Assembly: GCA_040002615.1 (NCBI GenBank)
Contig: JBDUEE010000003.1
Coordinates: 9,671-73,670, forward strand
Direction: 5' to 3'
From: Chloroflexota bacterium
GTDB taxonomy: Bacteria > Chloroflexota > Limnocylindria > QHBO01
DNA: 64,000 bases
Position numbers and translations under genes: made by a program
Part shown: positions 20,964-30,321 of the stretch, piece by piece
How the letters are laid out: each line of letters starts with the position of its first letter
Position numbering within the stretch: the first letter of the stretch is position 1
The notes under the pieces: model-generated
The model's input: only the letters and a program-made list of their open reading frames with translations
The model's database searches: none
Told to the model about the DNA's origin: nothing

Positions 20964-21298
20964 CTGTAACTCACAGAGTGGCGGTAGAGGGCTGCGATGA
21001 CGGACGCGCAGGAATACGCGGAGCCATGCCGATTATCACCAATCCGATAGTGCGCTTCCCTGTCAACTCGGCGGCGTGCCCGGCAGTGGCCGAACGCCTG
21101 GGTAACCACCTGTGAGTCTGTCAGACCACGTAACTGTGGCTTATGCGCTGTGAGACTCCGGGAGCACCTGACCCACGATCAGGACACCCAAGCCCGTCGG
21201 CAATGCAGCCACGCGCGGCTACACCTGGAGCGTGGGAAGATGGCCTTGTGCGAGAGGCCCTGATCGACAAGCTGCGTCCCGATCGCTTCACCGCTATG

Positions 21299-21553
21299 TC
21301 GGGCAAGATGGCTGCGATCGTTGGCTACATTGTTGATGAGCGATTCTCCGAACCCGCCATCAGCGAGATGGTCGTGACAAGCGACGGCTTCGTGTTGGCC
21401 CAGACCGAGGGCGAGGTCGGTGCGAACGACATGATCGGCGAGGAGGCAGACCTGAACCGCAACCTGCTCACCCTCATCGAGGCGGCCGGTCTCTCCGACG
21501 AGGAGATCCGAGAGTTCGGTCGTCTCCAACGCGAGCCCATTCGCCGCTACTAG
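21299..21553 (+). CDS. small hypothetical acidic protein
   Basis: MSGKMAAIVGYIVDERFSEPAISEMVVTSDGFVLAQTEGEV...; weak. Confidence 0.3.
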   Translation, partial: SGKMAAIVGYIVDERFSEPAISEMVVTSDGFVLAQTEGEVGANDMIGEEADLNRNLLTLIEAAGLSDEEIREFGRLQREPIRRY

Positions 21554-21585
21554 CCGGCGCCCTTTCCCATCCCCCGGGGCCCTGC

Positions 21586-21617
21586 GAATATTCCTCACAC
21601 ACTTCCTCACACATTGG
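21586..21617. promoter_or_regulatory. conserved upstream motif CTCACACACTTCCTCACACA..GGG.CTTGAT (second copy at 45135-45166)
   Basis: attcCTCACACACTTCCTCACACAttGGGtCTTGAT (21581-21620) vs attaCTCACACACTTCCTCACACActaGGGcTTGAT (45131-45168); each lies upstream of an operon start (21656 and 45867). Confidence 0.45.
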
Positions 21618-21655
21618 GTCTTGATCTTCGATCGTTGGCGCCGTAGCGTGGTGGC

Positions 21656-21976
21656 ATGCAGGCGATCGTCACCACCCGGGAACTGAGGCGCGACATCCTC
21701 GATCTGGCGGAGCGCGCCTCGGAGGGGGAATCAATCGTCGTGCTGCGGCACGGCGAGCCCGTGGCAGTGCTTCGCAAGGCGCGTCCTGAAGAGAACATGC
21801 GGCGGATGCCGATAGAGCGGTTTCGACGGAACATCGCGAAGTCGCTACGTCAGGCCGAGCGACAGCCGCAGCTCATCACCTGGCATGGCCGCGAATCGCT
21901 GGTGCTCACGTCCCTGGCGGTGGTGCTCTCTCCCGTGCCACCCGACGTCAAGGCCGATCTGGAGGAGGCGCTGTGA
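21656..21976 (+). CDS. Phd/YefM-type antitoxin-fold protein (apparently two tandem Phd-like halves)
   Basis: MQAIVTTRELRRDILDLAERASEGESIVVLRHGEPVAVL (classic Phd/YefM N-terminus) followed by a second ...ITWHGRESLVLTSLAVV unit; first gene of the long coupled operon. Confidence 0.55.
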   Translation: MQAIVTTRELRRDILDLAERASEGESIVVLRHGEPVAVLRKARPEENMRRMPIERFRRNIAKSLRQAERQPQLITWHGRESLVLTSLAVVLSPVPPDVKADLEEAL

Positions 21977-22575
21977 CCATTCGCAACGAGATCCGTGCTG
22001 TGGGCATGCGTGAAGCTCGCGAGAAGTGGCGCACCGTCGTGACCGAGGTCAGGGACGGCCAGCCGATCCTCATCCTGCGCGACCTCCAGCCATCGGCGGT
22101 GATGCTGCAATTCGACGAGGTGCAGCGCTGGCGACGGATCGAGGAGGCGATCTCGGCCTTGCATGGTCTTGAGATCTACCCAGAGCTGGCGCGAAGCAGC
22201 GCCGAACTCGCAGCTCTCGTCCGCGGACAGGAGCATCCCAGTGCCACCGCCATCCGCGGCCTCGCCCGCCAGAGCCGCGACATCCTCGGCGCCCTACGGA
22301 CGATGGCGGTCAGCGATGTACCCCGCGGGTTTGCCGCCCTCCTCGATGAGATCGAGTCGGGCCGGCTGATGACCATCGTCGACAAGAAACAACTCGCTGT
22401 AACGCTGGTCTCGCCACGTGAATACGACCGGCTGCGAGCGCTGACGCTGGCGGTCAACTGGTTCCGCGCAGCAGGCCTCGACCTGGCATCGGCTGAGCCG
22501 GATGCGATCAGCGCCTGGGTAGGCGACTTCCGCGAGCGGCCAGCCGCCGCCGCGTCCGAGGCGCCGGGAGCATGA
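21973..22575 (+). CDS. Phd/YefM-type antitoxin-fold protein, two tandem units; no cognate toxin gene follows
   Basis: AVGMREAREKWRTVVTEVRDGQPILILRDLQPSAVMLQFDE and LMTIVDKKQLAVTLVSPREYDRL; 4-nt overlap with previous gene. Confidence 0.5.
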   Translation: MTIRNEIRAVGMREAREKWRTVVTEVRDGQPILILRDLQPSAVMLQFDEVQRWRRIEEAISALHGLEIYPELARSSAELAALVRGQEHPSATAIRGLARQSRDILGALRTMAVSDVPRGFAALLDEIESGRLMTIVDKKQLAVTLVSPREYDRLRALTLAVNWFRAAGLDLASAEPDAISAWVGDFRERPAAAASEAPGA

Positions 22576-22976
22576 GGACTGGGCGGATGGGTCGGCTGTT
22601 TCCCTGCTTGGTGCGGAGGCAACGTATTGGTGTCGCGTCACTCGTCGCCCTGGGCCTGATGCTTGCCCTGGCATCGCCCGCCTTTGCCGCGGATGTGCCG
22701 GCCGGCGCGCGGGACGCCCTCGCACCCGTAACGCGCATGATCGGCACGCTGGTCGCGATCGCCATCGGTCTGGGCATCGCAATCTGCGGGGCGGTCATCG
22801 TATGGGGCGGCATCGAGAAGACGATGGCTGGCGCCAACGCCGAGGCGGAGCACCGCTCTCAGCGCCGGATCGCGAATGGCATCAACGGCCTGTTCTGGAT
22901 GATCGGCGCCAGCGTCATCGTCGGTACGCTCACCGCCATCGCCGTGGCCTACGGCCTCATCGATCCGCCCTTCTGA
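22572..22976 (+). CDS. small secreted/membrane protein, candidate T4SS pilin-like (VirB2/TrbC-like topology: signal peptide + 2 TM)
   Basis: 134 aa; long signal peptide ...ALASPAFAADVP, two hydrophobic helices; ATGA overlap with upstream gene. Confidence 0.35.
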   Translation: MRTGRMGRLFPCLVRRQRIGVASLVALGLMLALASPAFAADVPAGARDALAPVTRMIGTLVAIAIGLGIAICGAVIVWGGIEKTMAGANAEAEHRSQRRIANGINGLFWMIGASVIVGTLTAIAVAYGLIDPPF

Positions 22977-22985
22977 GCCGATGCC

Positions 22986-24086
22986 ATGGCTGCCCTCGCT
23001 GCTCGCCTCCGCTCCGCCATCCCGCTGCCGAAGGACGCGAGCGCAGCTGCTGCGAACGTCTCGCCGCTCACGTTGCTCCTACTGGTGCTGGCGCTGGGCG
23101 GCCTCGGGCTCACCGTCACGGGCACGTCGCCCGATGTCCCGGATCAGTCGATCCAGGCGCCCCTCGAGCCCGAGGCCGCCCTCCTACCGCGCGGCGAGCT
23201 GCCCATCATCGGCGACCCGATCCGCGACCTGACGATCTGGTACGCCCAACGCGTCAGCGACGCCAACCGCGCCGCCGTCGAGAACCTGCGCGGCCGCTTC
23301 CTGACCCCGGTGGATCCGCTGTCCGATCAGGCCACGACGGACCTATACGGCAAGATGCTGGTCATCACCATCCCGCTGCTGACCCTCGGCGGGCTGGTCC
23401 TGGGTTACCTGATCATGGTCGCCCGCACCACCGGCGAGTCCGCCTACGCCGTCCGCGCGGTGACGCCGCGCTTCGTGGTCGGCGCCGTCCTCTCGATCTG
23501 CGGCATCTTCCTCGTCAGCGTGCTGGCCCAGTTCGTGATCGCCACCGACCTCGCCATGGTCGGCATCTCGCTCCGTCCGGAGTCGGTCGGCGCTGCCGAG
23601 CAGTGGCCGGCCGGGGGCGGGGTATTCATGGTCCTGCAGCGCGGTGGCTTCGACCCGCGCATCGGCGAGGGTCCCGCCAACTGGAACTCGGGCGCCTGGC
23701 TCAGCTCCGGGTTGCTGGCCGGGGTACTGATGACGTTCCTGCAGATGATGAACGCGGTGCTCGGCGCGGTAGAGCGCCTGCTGGTGCTGCTCGCCCCGAT
23801 CTGCCTGGCCGCCTATGCCCTGCCCGCCACGCAGCGTCTGGCCAACCTGTGGCTCAAGCTGCTGGCGGCGATCCTGGCGGTGCGCTTCGGCTGGGCGATG
23901 GTGTTCATCCTGTTCAGCCTCCAAGTGCCGGCGCATCTCGACGGGGCATCGGTGCCGATGACGGTGGATGACACCAACGCCCTGATCGGGCTGGCCCTCG
24001 GGGCGGCGGCGCTGATGCTGGTCCTGCCGCCGGTCCTGGTGAACCTGGTGCTCAACTCGCCGGGGCCGATACGGGTCGAACAATGA
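22986..24086 (+). CDS. polytopic membrane protein, candidate VirB6/TrbL-like channel component
   Basis: 366 aa, ~6-7 TM helices, position in T4SS-like operon; no sequence-family match. Confidence 0.35.
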   Translation: MAALAARLRSAIPLPKDASAAAANVSPLTLLLLVLALGGLGLTVTGTSPDVPDQSIQAPLEPEAALLPRGELPIIGDPIRDLTIWYAQRVSDANRAAVENLRGRFLTPVDPLSDQATTDLYGKMLVITIPLLTLGGLVLGYLIMVARTTGESAYAVRAVTPRFVVGAVLSICGIFLVSVLAQFVIATDLAMVGISLRPESVGAAEQWPAGGGVFMVLQRGGFDPRIGEGPANWNSGAWLSSGLLAGVLMTFLQMMNAVLGAVERLLVLLAPICLAAYALPATQRLANLWLKLLAAILAVRFGWAMVFILFSLQVPAHLDGASVPMTVDDTNALIGLALGAAALMLVLPPVLVNLVLNSPGPIRVEQ

Positions 24087-25597
24087 TGCGCGACGGTCTG
24101 GTCGAGGTGCCCGAGAACGCGCTGGTCGAGGAGCGCATCGCCCTCGGGCTCACCGCGCCGCAGCTGGCCATCGTCACCGGCGCCGTGTTGCTTGCCGCCG
24201 CGCTCAATCTGGCCCCAGTGTGGGCGCCGCTCAAGATCCTGCTGATCCTGCTCCTGCCCGGACCGGTCGCGCTCGCGGCGGTGCTATCGATTCGCGGTGA
24301 GCCCGCCTATCGCTGGCTGTTATGGGCGGCCCACTTCTGGCGCTCGCCGAAGGCCTGGCGTGCCGCGGTCGTCGATGACGCGTCGGTCGGGGTCGATAAG
24401 CGGCTGGTAAGCGGTGCTGTGGTAGACCACGGCGACGATTCCACAGACCAGGAGGCAGCGGTGCATCGCAGCACCACATTCGAGGCCCATGAGTTGGGTG
24501 CGGTTGAGTCCGGAGCGGATAATGGCTCGGCCGCGACGACTGAGCTCGCCGCGTCGTCCCCACCGCCGCAGCCCGCGGCACACCGATCCTCGATGCCCGA
24601 GGAATCTCAACCGATGGACGGCACGCCGGTCCGGCTGCGGCTGATTGAGCCGGGGGAGTCCGGGCCCGTCCCGGACGACGACCACCCACGGGAGGAGCCC
24701 GAGCGACCTCCCTCAGTTCCGTTTGTGCTTCCCGGCCCGCGCCTGGTGTGCTTCCTGTCCTTTGTCGGAGGCGTCGGCAAGACGACGCTGGCGGTCGAGG
24801 CGGCCACCTACATCGCCAACCGCGCCAGGTATCGAACGGCGGACGGCGAGACGTTGCCGGTGCGAGCCCTGCTCATCGACGCCGCACGCATGTCGGCGGC
24901 AGTGGGCCTGCGGCTCGGCATACACGCCGACGATCTGTCGAAGGCCTGGACCTATCGTGACTGGACCGCACCGGACGCCGCCCTCGACGCTCGCGTGCGA
25001 AGCCGGCACGGCGTCGACCTCATCACCCTACCGCCGCATCCGCAGTTGGCTGGCCTCGAACGCTCCACGGCCGAGGACGGCGCGGACGAGTTTCGGGCGC
25101 CAGAGGCGAACAGCCTGCTCGAGGCGGCTCGCATCGCCGGATACCAACTGGTGGTGGCCGACCTGGGCTCGGTTCTGGAGGACGGCCACCGCGTCCTGCT
25201 CAAGGAGGCTGCCGTCGTGGTCGGGGTCGTGCGCCCCACCCTTGAGTCGCTGCCCGACGTTCTGCGCGTCGCCAATCACCTGCGCAACATCGGGTTCGCC
25301 CGAAAGCTGGTCATCGTCGCCAACCAGTGCGACGACGACACAGAGCTGCGGCGCTTCGCGCGCGACGCCGACGTCCCGCTCGTGGCCGCCGTCCCGCCCA
25401 GTCCGCTCTTCGTGGCGGCTGCGAACCGGCAGGAGCCTGCCTGGCGCCTGGATCCACAGTTGGCCGCTGCGCTCCTGCCGGTTGCCCGAACCATCTGGCC
25501 GCTCGACTCACTCGGCAACCACGCAAATAGCCGGGGGCATTCCCTGGCGAGCATCCTCAGGCGGGCTCGCGGCGTCGTAAGCAGGGCCGGTCGGTGA
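24083..25597 (+). CDS. fusion protein: N-terminal PrgI/VirB3-like two-TM domain + C-terminal TadZ/CpaE-like (ParA/MinD-type, deviant Walker A) ATPase
   Basis: N-term ...EERIALGLTAPQLAIVTGAVLLAAALNLAPVWAPLKILLILLLPGPVALAAVLSI resembles PrgI/TcpE family; C-term LVCFLSFVGGVGKTTLAVEAATYIA = TadZ-like atypical P-loop; ATGA overlap upstream. Confidence 0.55.
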   Translation: MMRDGLVEVPENALVEERIALGLTAPQLAIVTGAVLLAAALNLAPVWAPLKILLILLLPGPVALAAVLSIRGEPAYRWLLWAAHFWRSPKAWRAAVVDDASVGVDKRLVSGAVVDHGDDSTDQEAAVHRSTTFEAHELGAVESGADNGSAATTELAASSPPPQPAAHRSSMPEESQPMDGTPVRLRLIEPGESGPVPDDDHPREEPERPPSVPFVLPGPRLVCFLSFVGGVGKTTLAVEAATYIANRARYRTADGETLPVRALLIDAARMSAAVGLRLGIHADDLSKAWTYRDWTAPDAALDARVRSRHGVDLITLPPHPQLAGLERSTAEDGADEFRAPEANSLLEAARIAGYQLVVADLGSVLEDGHRVLLKEAAVVVGVVRPTLESLPDVLRVANHLRNIGFARKLVIVANQCDDDTELRRFARDADVPLVAAVPPSPLFVAAANRQEPAWRLDPQLAAALLPVARTIWPLDSLGNHANSRGHSLASILRRARGVVSRAGR

Positions 25598-26877
25598 GGC
25601 CAGCGGGCGCAGCCGTCAGCAAGGCGACCCTGGGCAAGGTGCGGCGCATGCTCGTGGAGCGTCTGACGCCCGAGACCCTCAACCCGTTTGCCCGCACGCC
25701 GGAGAACGAGGCGCTCGTGCGCTCGACGCTGGCAGCGATTTGCGCCGAGCCCGAGCTCGATCTGGCGATCAACCCCGTCTTCATCGCCGAGATCGAAGCC
25801 GCCATCTGCGGCCTCGGACCGTTGCAGCCATTGGTCGACGATCCCGAGGTGGCGGATATCCTGGTCAACGCGCCGGACAGTGTCTTCGTGGAACGGGCGG
25901 GCCGCCTGCAACCGACCAAGGTGCGGCTGGCCGACGCGCGCGAGGTCATCGAGCTGGCCGAGCGCATCGCCGCCCTGGCCGGCCGCGAGCTATCGGTGGC
26001 GCACCCGGTGGTCGACGCGCGCATGCCGGACGGCAGCCGCGTCAACGCCGTCATCCCACCGGTCGGTGGGCCGTACCTGTCGATCCGCAAGTTCAACCGC
26101 CTCAGGCTGGATCTGGTGCCCGGCGGACCGCACGGGCGCAGCTGGGTCGAGGCCGGCGGCATGAGCGCCGAGGCCGCCGACTTCCTGATCGGGATGGTCC
26201 GTGCCCGCGCCAACTTCCTGGTCGCCGGCGAGACCGGCGCCGGCAAGACGACCCTGTTGCGCAGCCTGACCGACGCCTTCGGGCCGGACGAGCGGGTCGG
26301 TGTGGTGGAGGACACCGCCGAGCTGGCGCTCGAGAACGCCAACCGCTTCAATCTCGAGACATTGCATCCGACCGACCTGAGTCGCGCTGAGGCCGACTCG
26401 CGGCTGCTCGACGTCGGCGACCTGGTGGCCAACGCGCTGCGCATGCGGCCCGACCGCCTCATCGTGGGCGAGATCCGGTTGCCCAAGGAGGCGTTCTACA
26501 CCCTCCAGGCGCTGCACACGGGTCACGACGGCTCGGCCACCACCATCCACGCCTCCAGCGCCGAGGACGCCCTGTTCCGCCTCGAGCTTCTGGCGCGGCA
26601 GTCGATGCGCGACCTGTCGGGGCCCGACCTGCGCGCCTACCTCGCCCGCGTCGTCGACCAGGTCGTCGTGCTGCGCCGCCTGGGCTCCGGGCAGCGCATC
26701 GTGCATCAGATCGCGGCGCTGGATGGGCTCGACGACGCCGGCAATTACCGCCTGATCGACGTCTTCCGCGCTGAGCTCGATCCCTCGGAGCACTTGCGCT
26801 GGGTGCACAACGCCGACTGGCAACCGCCCGAGCGCCTGCGGGCGCGGATGCAGCTGGAGGCTGGCCGATGGAGCTGA
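25594..26877 (+). CDS. cpaF: CpaF/TadA-type secretion ATPase (VirB11/GspE superfamily)
   Basis: Walker A GETGAGKTT, Asp box, RMRPDRLIVGEIR, His box GHDGSATTIHA; followed by TadB/TadC. Confidence 0.85.
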   Translation: MRPAGAAVSKATLGKVRRMLVERLTPETLNPFARTPENEALVRSTLAAICAEPELDLAINPVFIAEIEAAICGLGPLQPLVDDPEVADILVNAPDSVFVERAGRLQPTKVRLADAREVIELAERIAALAGRELSVAHPVVDARMPDGSRVNAVIPPVGGPYLSIRKFNRLRLDLVPGGPHGRSWVEAGGMSAEAADFLIGMVRARANFLVAGETGAGKTTLLRSLTDAFGPDERVGVVEDTAELALENANRFNLETLHPTDLSRAEADSRLLDVGDLVANALRMRPDRLIVGEIRLPKEAFYTLQALHTGHDGSATTIHASSAEDALFRLELLARQSMRDLSGPDLRAYLARVVDQVVVLRRLGSGQRIVHQIAALDGLDDAGNYRLIDVFRAELDPSEHLRWVHNADWQPPERLRARMQLEAGRWS

Positions 26878-27743
26878 TCGGCGCCTTCGCCACCGGCATC
26901 GCCGTCTTCGCCGGGCTCATGGCGCTGCTGCCCGACCGGCAACGCCCGACGCTCGGCCTGCGCGATCGACTGCGCGGCTGGCGCCGCCGCCGCATGGCCG
27001 CCGCGGCCGATCTGCTGGCCCAGGCGCGGCTGGAGGTCTCGCCGCGCAGCTACCTGCTGCTCACCTTCGCCGCACCCGTGCTCCTCGGTCTCATAGGCCT
27101 GCTGCTGTCAGCGGTGATGGGCCTCATCGGCGCCGGAGTCGGGCTGTTCGTGCCGCGCTGGTACGTGCGCTGGCTGGTCGGCAACGAGGCCCGCGCCGCC
27201 GATGACGACGCGCCGCGCGTGTTGCGCGCCATGGTCCACCGCGCCGGCGCCGGGGGCACCTATCCGGAGCTGTTCGCGGCCGCCGCCCAGGGCGCGCGCC
27301 ACCGCTGGGTGCGCGCTGACTTCGAGGAGCTACTGTCGCGCTACTACGCCAACGAGCCGCCCAAGGACGCGCTGGCCATCATCAGGCGCCGCCAAGCAGG
27401 TCGCAACCTGGCCCTGCTGTACGACGCCCTGTACGTGCTGACCGCCACCGGCCAGCCCGCGGTGGCAGCGTCCGAGGTGCTGGCCGAGCTCGGCGAGGCG
27501 ACGCGCACCAACCAGTCGATTGCGCGCCAGGCGGCCGCCGAAAGCCGCGGGCTGCGCATCCAGGCGCTGGTCTTGGCGGTCGTCATCCCGCTGCTGTTCG
27601 TGTATCTGCTGCTCGTCAACCCCGAACTGGTGGCGCCGGTCACCGACACTGCGCTGGGACGCTTCGTGCTGCTGCCGGGCGCGGCGCTGCTTGAGGTGGT
27701 CGGCGTGTGGCTATCGCTGCGCGTGGCGCGGTTGGAGGCGTAG
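26868..27743 (+). CDS. tadB: TadB-like (GspF-family) Flp pilus assembly membrane protein
   Basis: MELIGAFATGIAVFAGLMALLPDRQR... typical TadB N-terminus, 291 aa, 3 TM regions; overlaps cpaF by 10 nt. Confidence 0.75.
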   Translation: MELIGAFATGIAVFAGLMALLPDRQRPTLGLRDRLRGWRRRRMAAAADLLAQARLEVSPRSYLLLTFAAPVLLGLIGLLLSAVMGLIGAGVGLFVPRWYVRWLVGNEARAADDDAPRVLRAMVHRAGAGGTYPELFAAAAQGARHRWVRADFEELLSRYYANEPPKDALAIIRRRQAGRNLALLYDALYVLTATGQPAVAASEVLAELGEATRTNQSIARQAAAESRGLRIQALVLAVVIPLLFVYLLLVNPELVAPVTDTALGRFVLLPGAALLEVVGVWLSLRVARLEA

Positions 27744-27745
27744 GG

Positions 27746-28657
27746 ATGGAGCTGCTCGGAGCGCTCGCCACCTGCGTCGCCGTCTTCAGCCTGCTGATGG
27801 CGCTCTTCGCGCCGGCGCTGGCCGTGCCGCAGCGCGCCGAGGTGGTGCGCGCGGCCGCTCTGCCGCGGCACTCGTACCAGCGCCTGGTGAGCGCCGAGCG
27901 ACCGGTCTGGGAGCGGCTACTGGCACCGCTGGCGGCGCGCATCGGCGAGCGCCTGCCCGGCATGGCGCGCCAGGTCGATGAGCGGCTCATCGTGCGCGCC
28001 GGGCTCGACCCCGCGGTCCTCTCGCCCGCCGAGGTTTACGCCGCCAAGCTGGTGGCGGCCGCCGGCGTGCTCATCGTGGCCGTGGCGCTGACGCCGCTGT
28101 CCGGCGGCGCGCTGATCCTCGGCTTGATCCTCGCCTACGCCGCCTATGTCTTTCCCACCGAGTACCTCGGCTGGCGCGCTCGCCGCCGCAAGGCGCAGCT
28201 CTTGCGCGAGCTGCCCGACTTCATGGCCCTCGTCAGGCCGTTGGCCGAACCCGGCCGCATGAGCCTGGAGCACGCCTTCAGCGAGACGGCGCTGGCGCTG
28301 CACGCGGCCAGCGAGGGCCGCAACCTGCTGGCTTCCCAGGTGCGGCGCGCGGTCGCCGCCTATGGCACCGGCATCGACCTGTACACCGGGCTGCGCGACG
28401 TGGCGAGCACCAACGACCTCGAGGAGCTTGACGAACTGGCGTCGGCGCTCGGCCGCTCGCGGCACGTGGGGCGCGGGGTGCCCCAGACCCTGGAGGCGAC
28501 CGAGCGCGGCCTCCGTGAGGACGAGCGCAACCGCCTGTTGGGGGCGGCGTCGACCGTGCAGCCCAAGCTGGCCGCCATCCTGGCCGGCATCTACCTGCCC
28601 GAGTTCGTGCTGCTCGTGCTGCTGCCCATGTTCATCGCCACCATCGGCCGATTGTGA
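27746..28657 (+). CDS. tadC: TadC-like (GspF-family) Flp pilus assembly membrane protein
   Basis: MELLGALATCVAVFSLLMALFAPALAVPQR...; paralog of preceding gene as in canonical tadB-tadC pairs; RBS GGAGG. Confidence 0.75.
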   Translation: MELLGALATCVAVFSLLMALFAPALAVPQRAEVVRAAALPRHSYQRLVSAERPVWERLLAPLAARIGERLPGMARQVDERLIVRAGLDPAVLSPAEVYAAKLVAAAGVLIVAVALTPLSGGALILGLILAYAAYVFPTEYLGWRARRRKAQLLRELPDFMALVRPLAEPGRMSLEHAFSETALALHAASEGRNLLASQVRRAVAAYGTGIDLYTGLRDVASTNDLEELDELASALGRSRHVGRGVPQTLEATERGLREDERNRLLGAASTVQPKLAAILAGIYLPEFVLLVLLPMFIATIGRL

Positions 28658-28671
28658 GGAGGAGGAAAGTC

Positions 28672-28878
28672 GTGGGAGAAACACTGAGGCGGCTTGCGAG
28701 CCGCACATTCGACACGGTGACCGAGCGACTGCGCTCGAGCGAGGCGGGGCTAACGACGCTCGAGTACGTCATCGGCGCCGGCATCATCCTGGTCGTCTTG
28801 TCCGCTGGCATCCTGGCCTGGAATCAAGGCCTGGTCCAGAAGATCGGCGAGCTGGTGACCCAGCTGCTGTCGGGCTGA
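28672..28878 (+). CDS. flp: Flp-family type IVb pilin (prepilin with G/LTTLEY processing motif)
   Basis: GTG start after strong RBS GAGGAGGAGGAA; VGETLRRLASRTFDTVTERLRSSEAGLTTLEYVIGAGIILVVLSAGI... = G/xxxxEY Flp motif + hydrophobic stretch, 68 aa. Confidence 0.7.
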   Translation: MGETLRRLASRTFDTVTERLRSSEAGLTTLEYVIGAGIILVVLSAGILAWNQGLVQKIGELVTQLLSG

Positions 28879-29282
28879 TGCTCCGTCGCCGGTTCAGCCG
28901 CTCGGAGCGCGGCCTCGCCACTGTCGAGGCGGTGCTGGTGGTGCCCCTCGTCCTCGTGCCGGTGCTGCTGGCGGTGGTCGTCTTCGGCCGCCTGGAGCAC
29001 ACCCGGCTGGTGGTCGACGCGGCCGCAGCGGCCGGCGCGCGGCAGGCGGCGGTCATCGGCGGCGACGGCTTCAGCGTGCGCCAGCGGATCGCAACGGAGC
29101 TCTCGGATGGCGGGATCGACCCCACACGGGCGATCGTCGTTATCGAGCCCGCGGTGGCCGGCTGGGGCGAGCCGATCCGGGTGCGAGTCGAGGTCGCCGA
29201 CCGAGCGATCATCCCGTTCGCCGGCAGTTGGGGCGTGCCGCTCAGCGGCGAGTTCGTGACCCGCAGCGAGGTGACCCCGTGA
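28878..29282 (+). CDS. TadE-like pseudopilin
   Basis: MLRRRFSRSERGLATVEAVLVVPLVLVPVLLAVVVFG = TadE motif (ERGxxxVExxxxxP); ATGA overlap with flp. Confidence 0.6.
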   Translation: MLRRRFSRSERGLATVEAVLVVPLVLVPVLLAVVVFGRLEHTRLVVDAAAAAGARQAAVIGGDGFSVRQRIATELSDGGIDPTRAIVVIEPAVAGWGEPIRVRVEVADRAIIPFAGSWGVPLSGEFVTRSEVTP

Positions 29283-29767
29283 TCCGTCCGCGCGGAGGGG
29301 ATGTGCGCGGCCAGGTGGCCCTGTACGCGGTGCTGCTGTTCCCGATCCTGATGCTCGTCTTCGCGCTGGTGCTGGCGGTCGGCACGCTGGAGGGGACTCG
29401 TGCCCGAACGCGAGCGCAGCTCGACATGGCGGCCTTGACCGCGACACAATCACTCGACTTCGCGGCCCTCGCCCAAGGCGAGCAGCCGCAATTGGTGGCA
29501 GGTGAGGCGGACCGACTGGCGCGCGAGTATCTCGTGCGCAACCTGGCGACGCTCGATTTGCCCGTGTCCGCAACAAGCATCGCCGCCGCGGCCGAGGTCA
29601 ACGTCATGGCACCCGGCGATCGCGACCCGATCAGCGGCGCCCTCGTCAGCGTTCCCACCGTCTCGATCCGGGCGACCGTCCCAGCCCGTGTGCCGCTCCT
29701 CAGTCTGGTCGGGCTTGGGCCGATCGTGAACGTGACTGTCTCCGGATCCGCGGCGGCGCGGACATGA
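29279..29767 (+). CDS. TadE/TadG-like pseudopilin (second)
   Basis: GTGA overlap; ...DVRGQVALYAVLLFPILMLVFALVLAVG TadE-like N-terminus. Confidence 0.45.
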   Translation: MIRPRGGDVRGQVALYAVLLFPILMLVFALVLAVGTLEGTRARTRAQLDMAALTATQSLDFAALAQGEQPQLVAGEADRLAREYLVRNLATLDLPVSATSIAAAAEVNVMAPGDRDPISGALVSVPTVSIRATVPARVPLLSLVGLGPIVNVTVSGSAAART

Positions 29768-30321
29768 CCTTCGATCGTCTCGGCCGCTGGCGCCTACCGG
29801 CTATCGCTGGGCTCTCGCTGCTCATCGCTCTGACCGTGGTCATCGCGATCCTGCTTCTCGGACGGGCACCGACCGTGATCGACGGGCCGCCGTCGCCTTC
29901 GGCCACTCAGCCTACTGATGCGTCGCCACCACCAGACGACACGCCCGAGGCGGCGGTGCGTGCATTCTTCGAGGCCTTCGCCGAAGCGCGCGAAACGGAC
30001 GATCCGGCGCTCATCGAGCCCTTTGTGAACGGCACGGATTCATCGGCCTATCAGACGGCCGCCGGGTTCCTCCTCGGACAACAGGAAGTCGGTAAGGCGT
30101 CAGTCACGACCGTGCAGAAGCTCTCCGACTTCGACGTCGAAGTTGACGGAATGCGTGCCATCGCCGAGTTCACCTATGTCGCCGGTGGCTATGACATAGA
30201 TCTCGAATCAAGGGAGCCACTGGAGAGTCCGTCGATCCTCGAGCCGAGTCGCGTCCGCGCTGAGCTGGCTCGCGTCAATGAGACGTGGCTATTGGATGGC
30301 TACGAGGAGGTCACCGAGTGA
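29764..30321 (+). CDS. membrane-anchored NTF2-like-fold protein, possible VirB8/TcpC analogue
   Basis: N-terminal TM then AAVRAFFEAFAEARETDDPALIEPFVNG...IAEFTYVAGGYDIDLES (NTF2/SnoaL-like pattern); ATGA overlap. Confidence 0.3.
   Translation: MTFDRLGRWRLPAIAGLSLLIALTVVIAILLLGRAPTVIDGPPSPSATQPTDASPPPDDTPEAAVRAFFEAFAEARETDDPALIEPFVNGTDSSAYQTAAGFLLGQQEVGKASVTTVQKLSDFDVEVDGMRAIAEFTYVAGGYDIDLESREPLESPSILEPSRVRAELARVNETWLLDGYEEVTE

Noticed and set aside
22802-24083. ORFs 22802-23971 (+, 389 aa, Arg-rich) and 23343-24083 (-)
   Set aside because: Alternative-frame/antisense artefacts of the VirB6-like membrane protein gene in a high-GC region; composition (Arg/Pro/His runs) is not protein-like.
24645-26823. 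ORFs 24645-25580 (+), 25276-25911 (-), 25557-26486 (-), 25990-26823 (-), 25688-26390 (+)
   Set aside because: Overlap the well-supported TadZ-like and CpaF genes in other frames/strand; GC-driven open frames.
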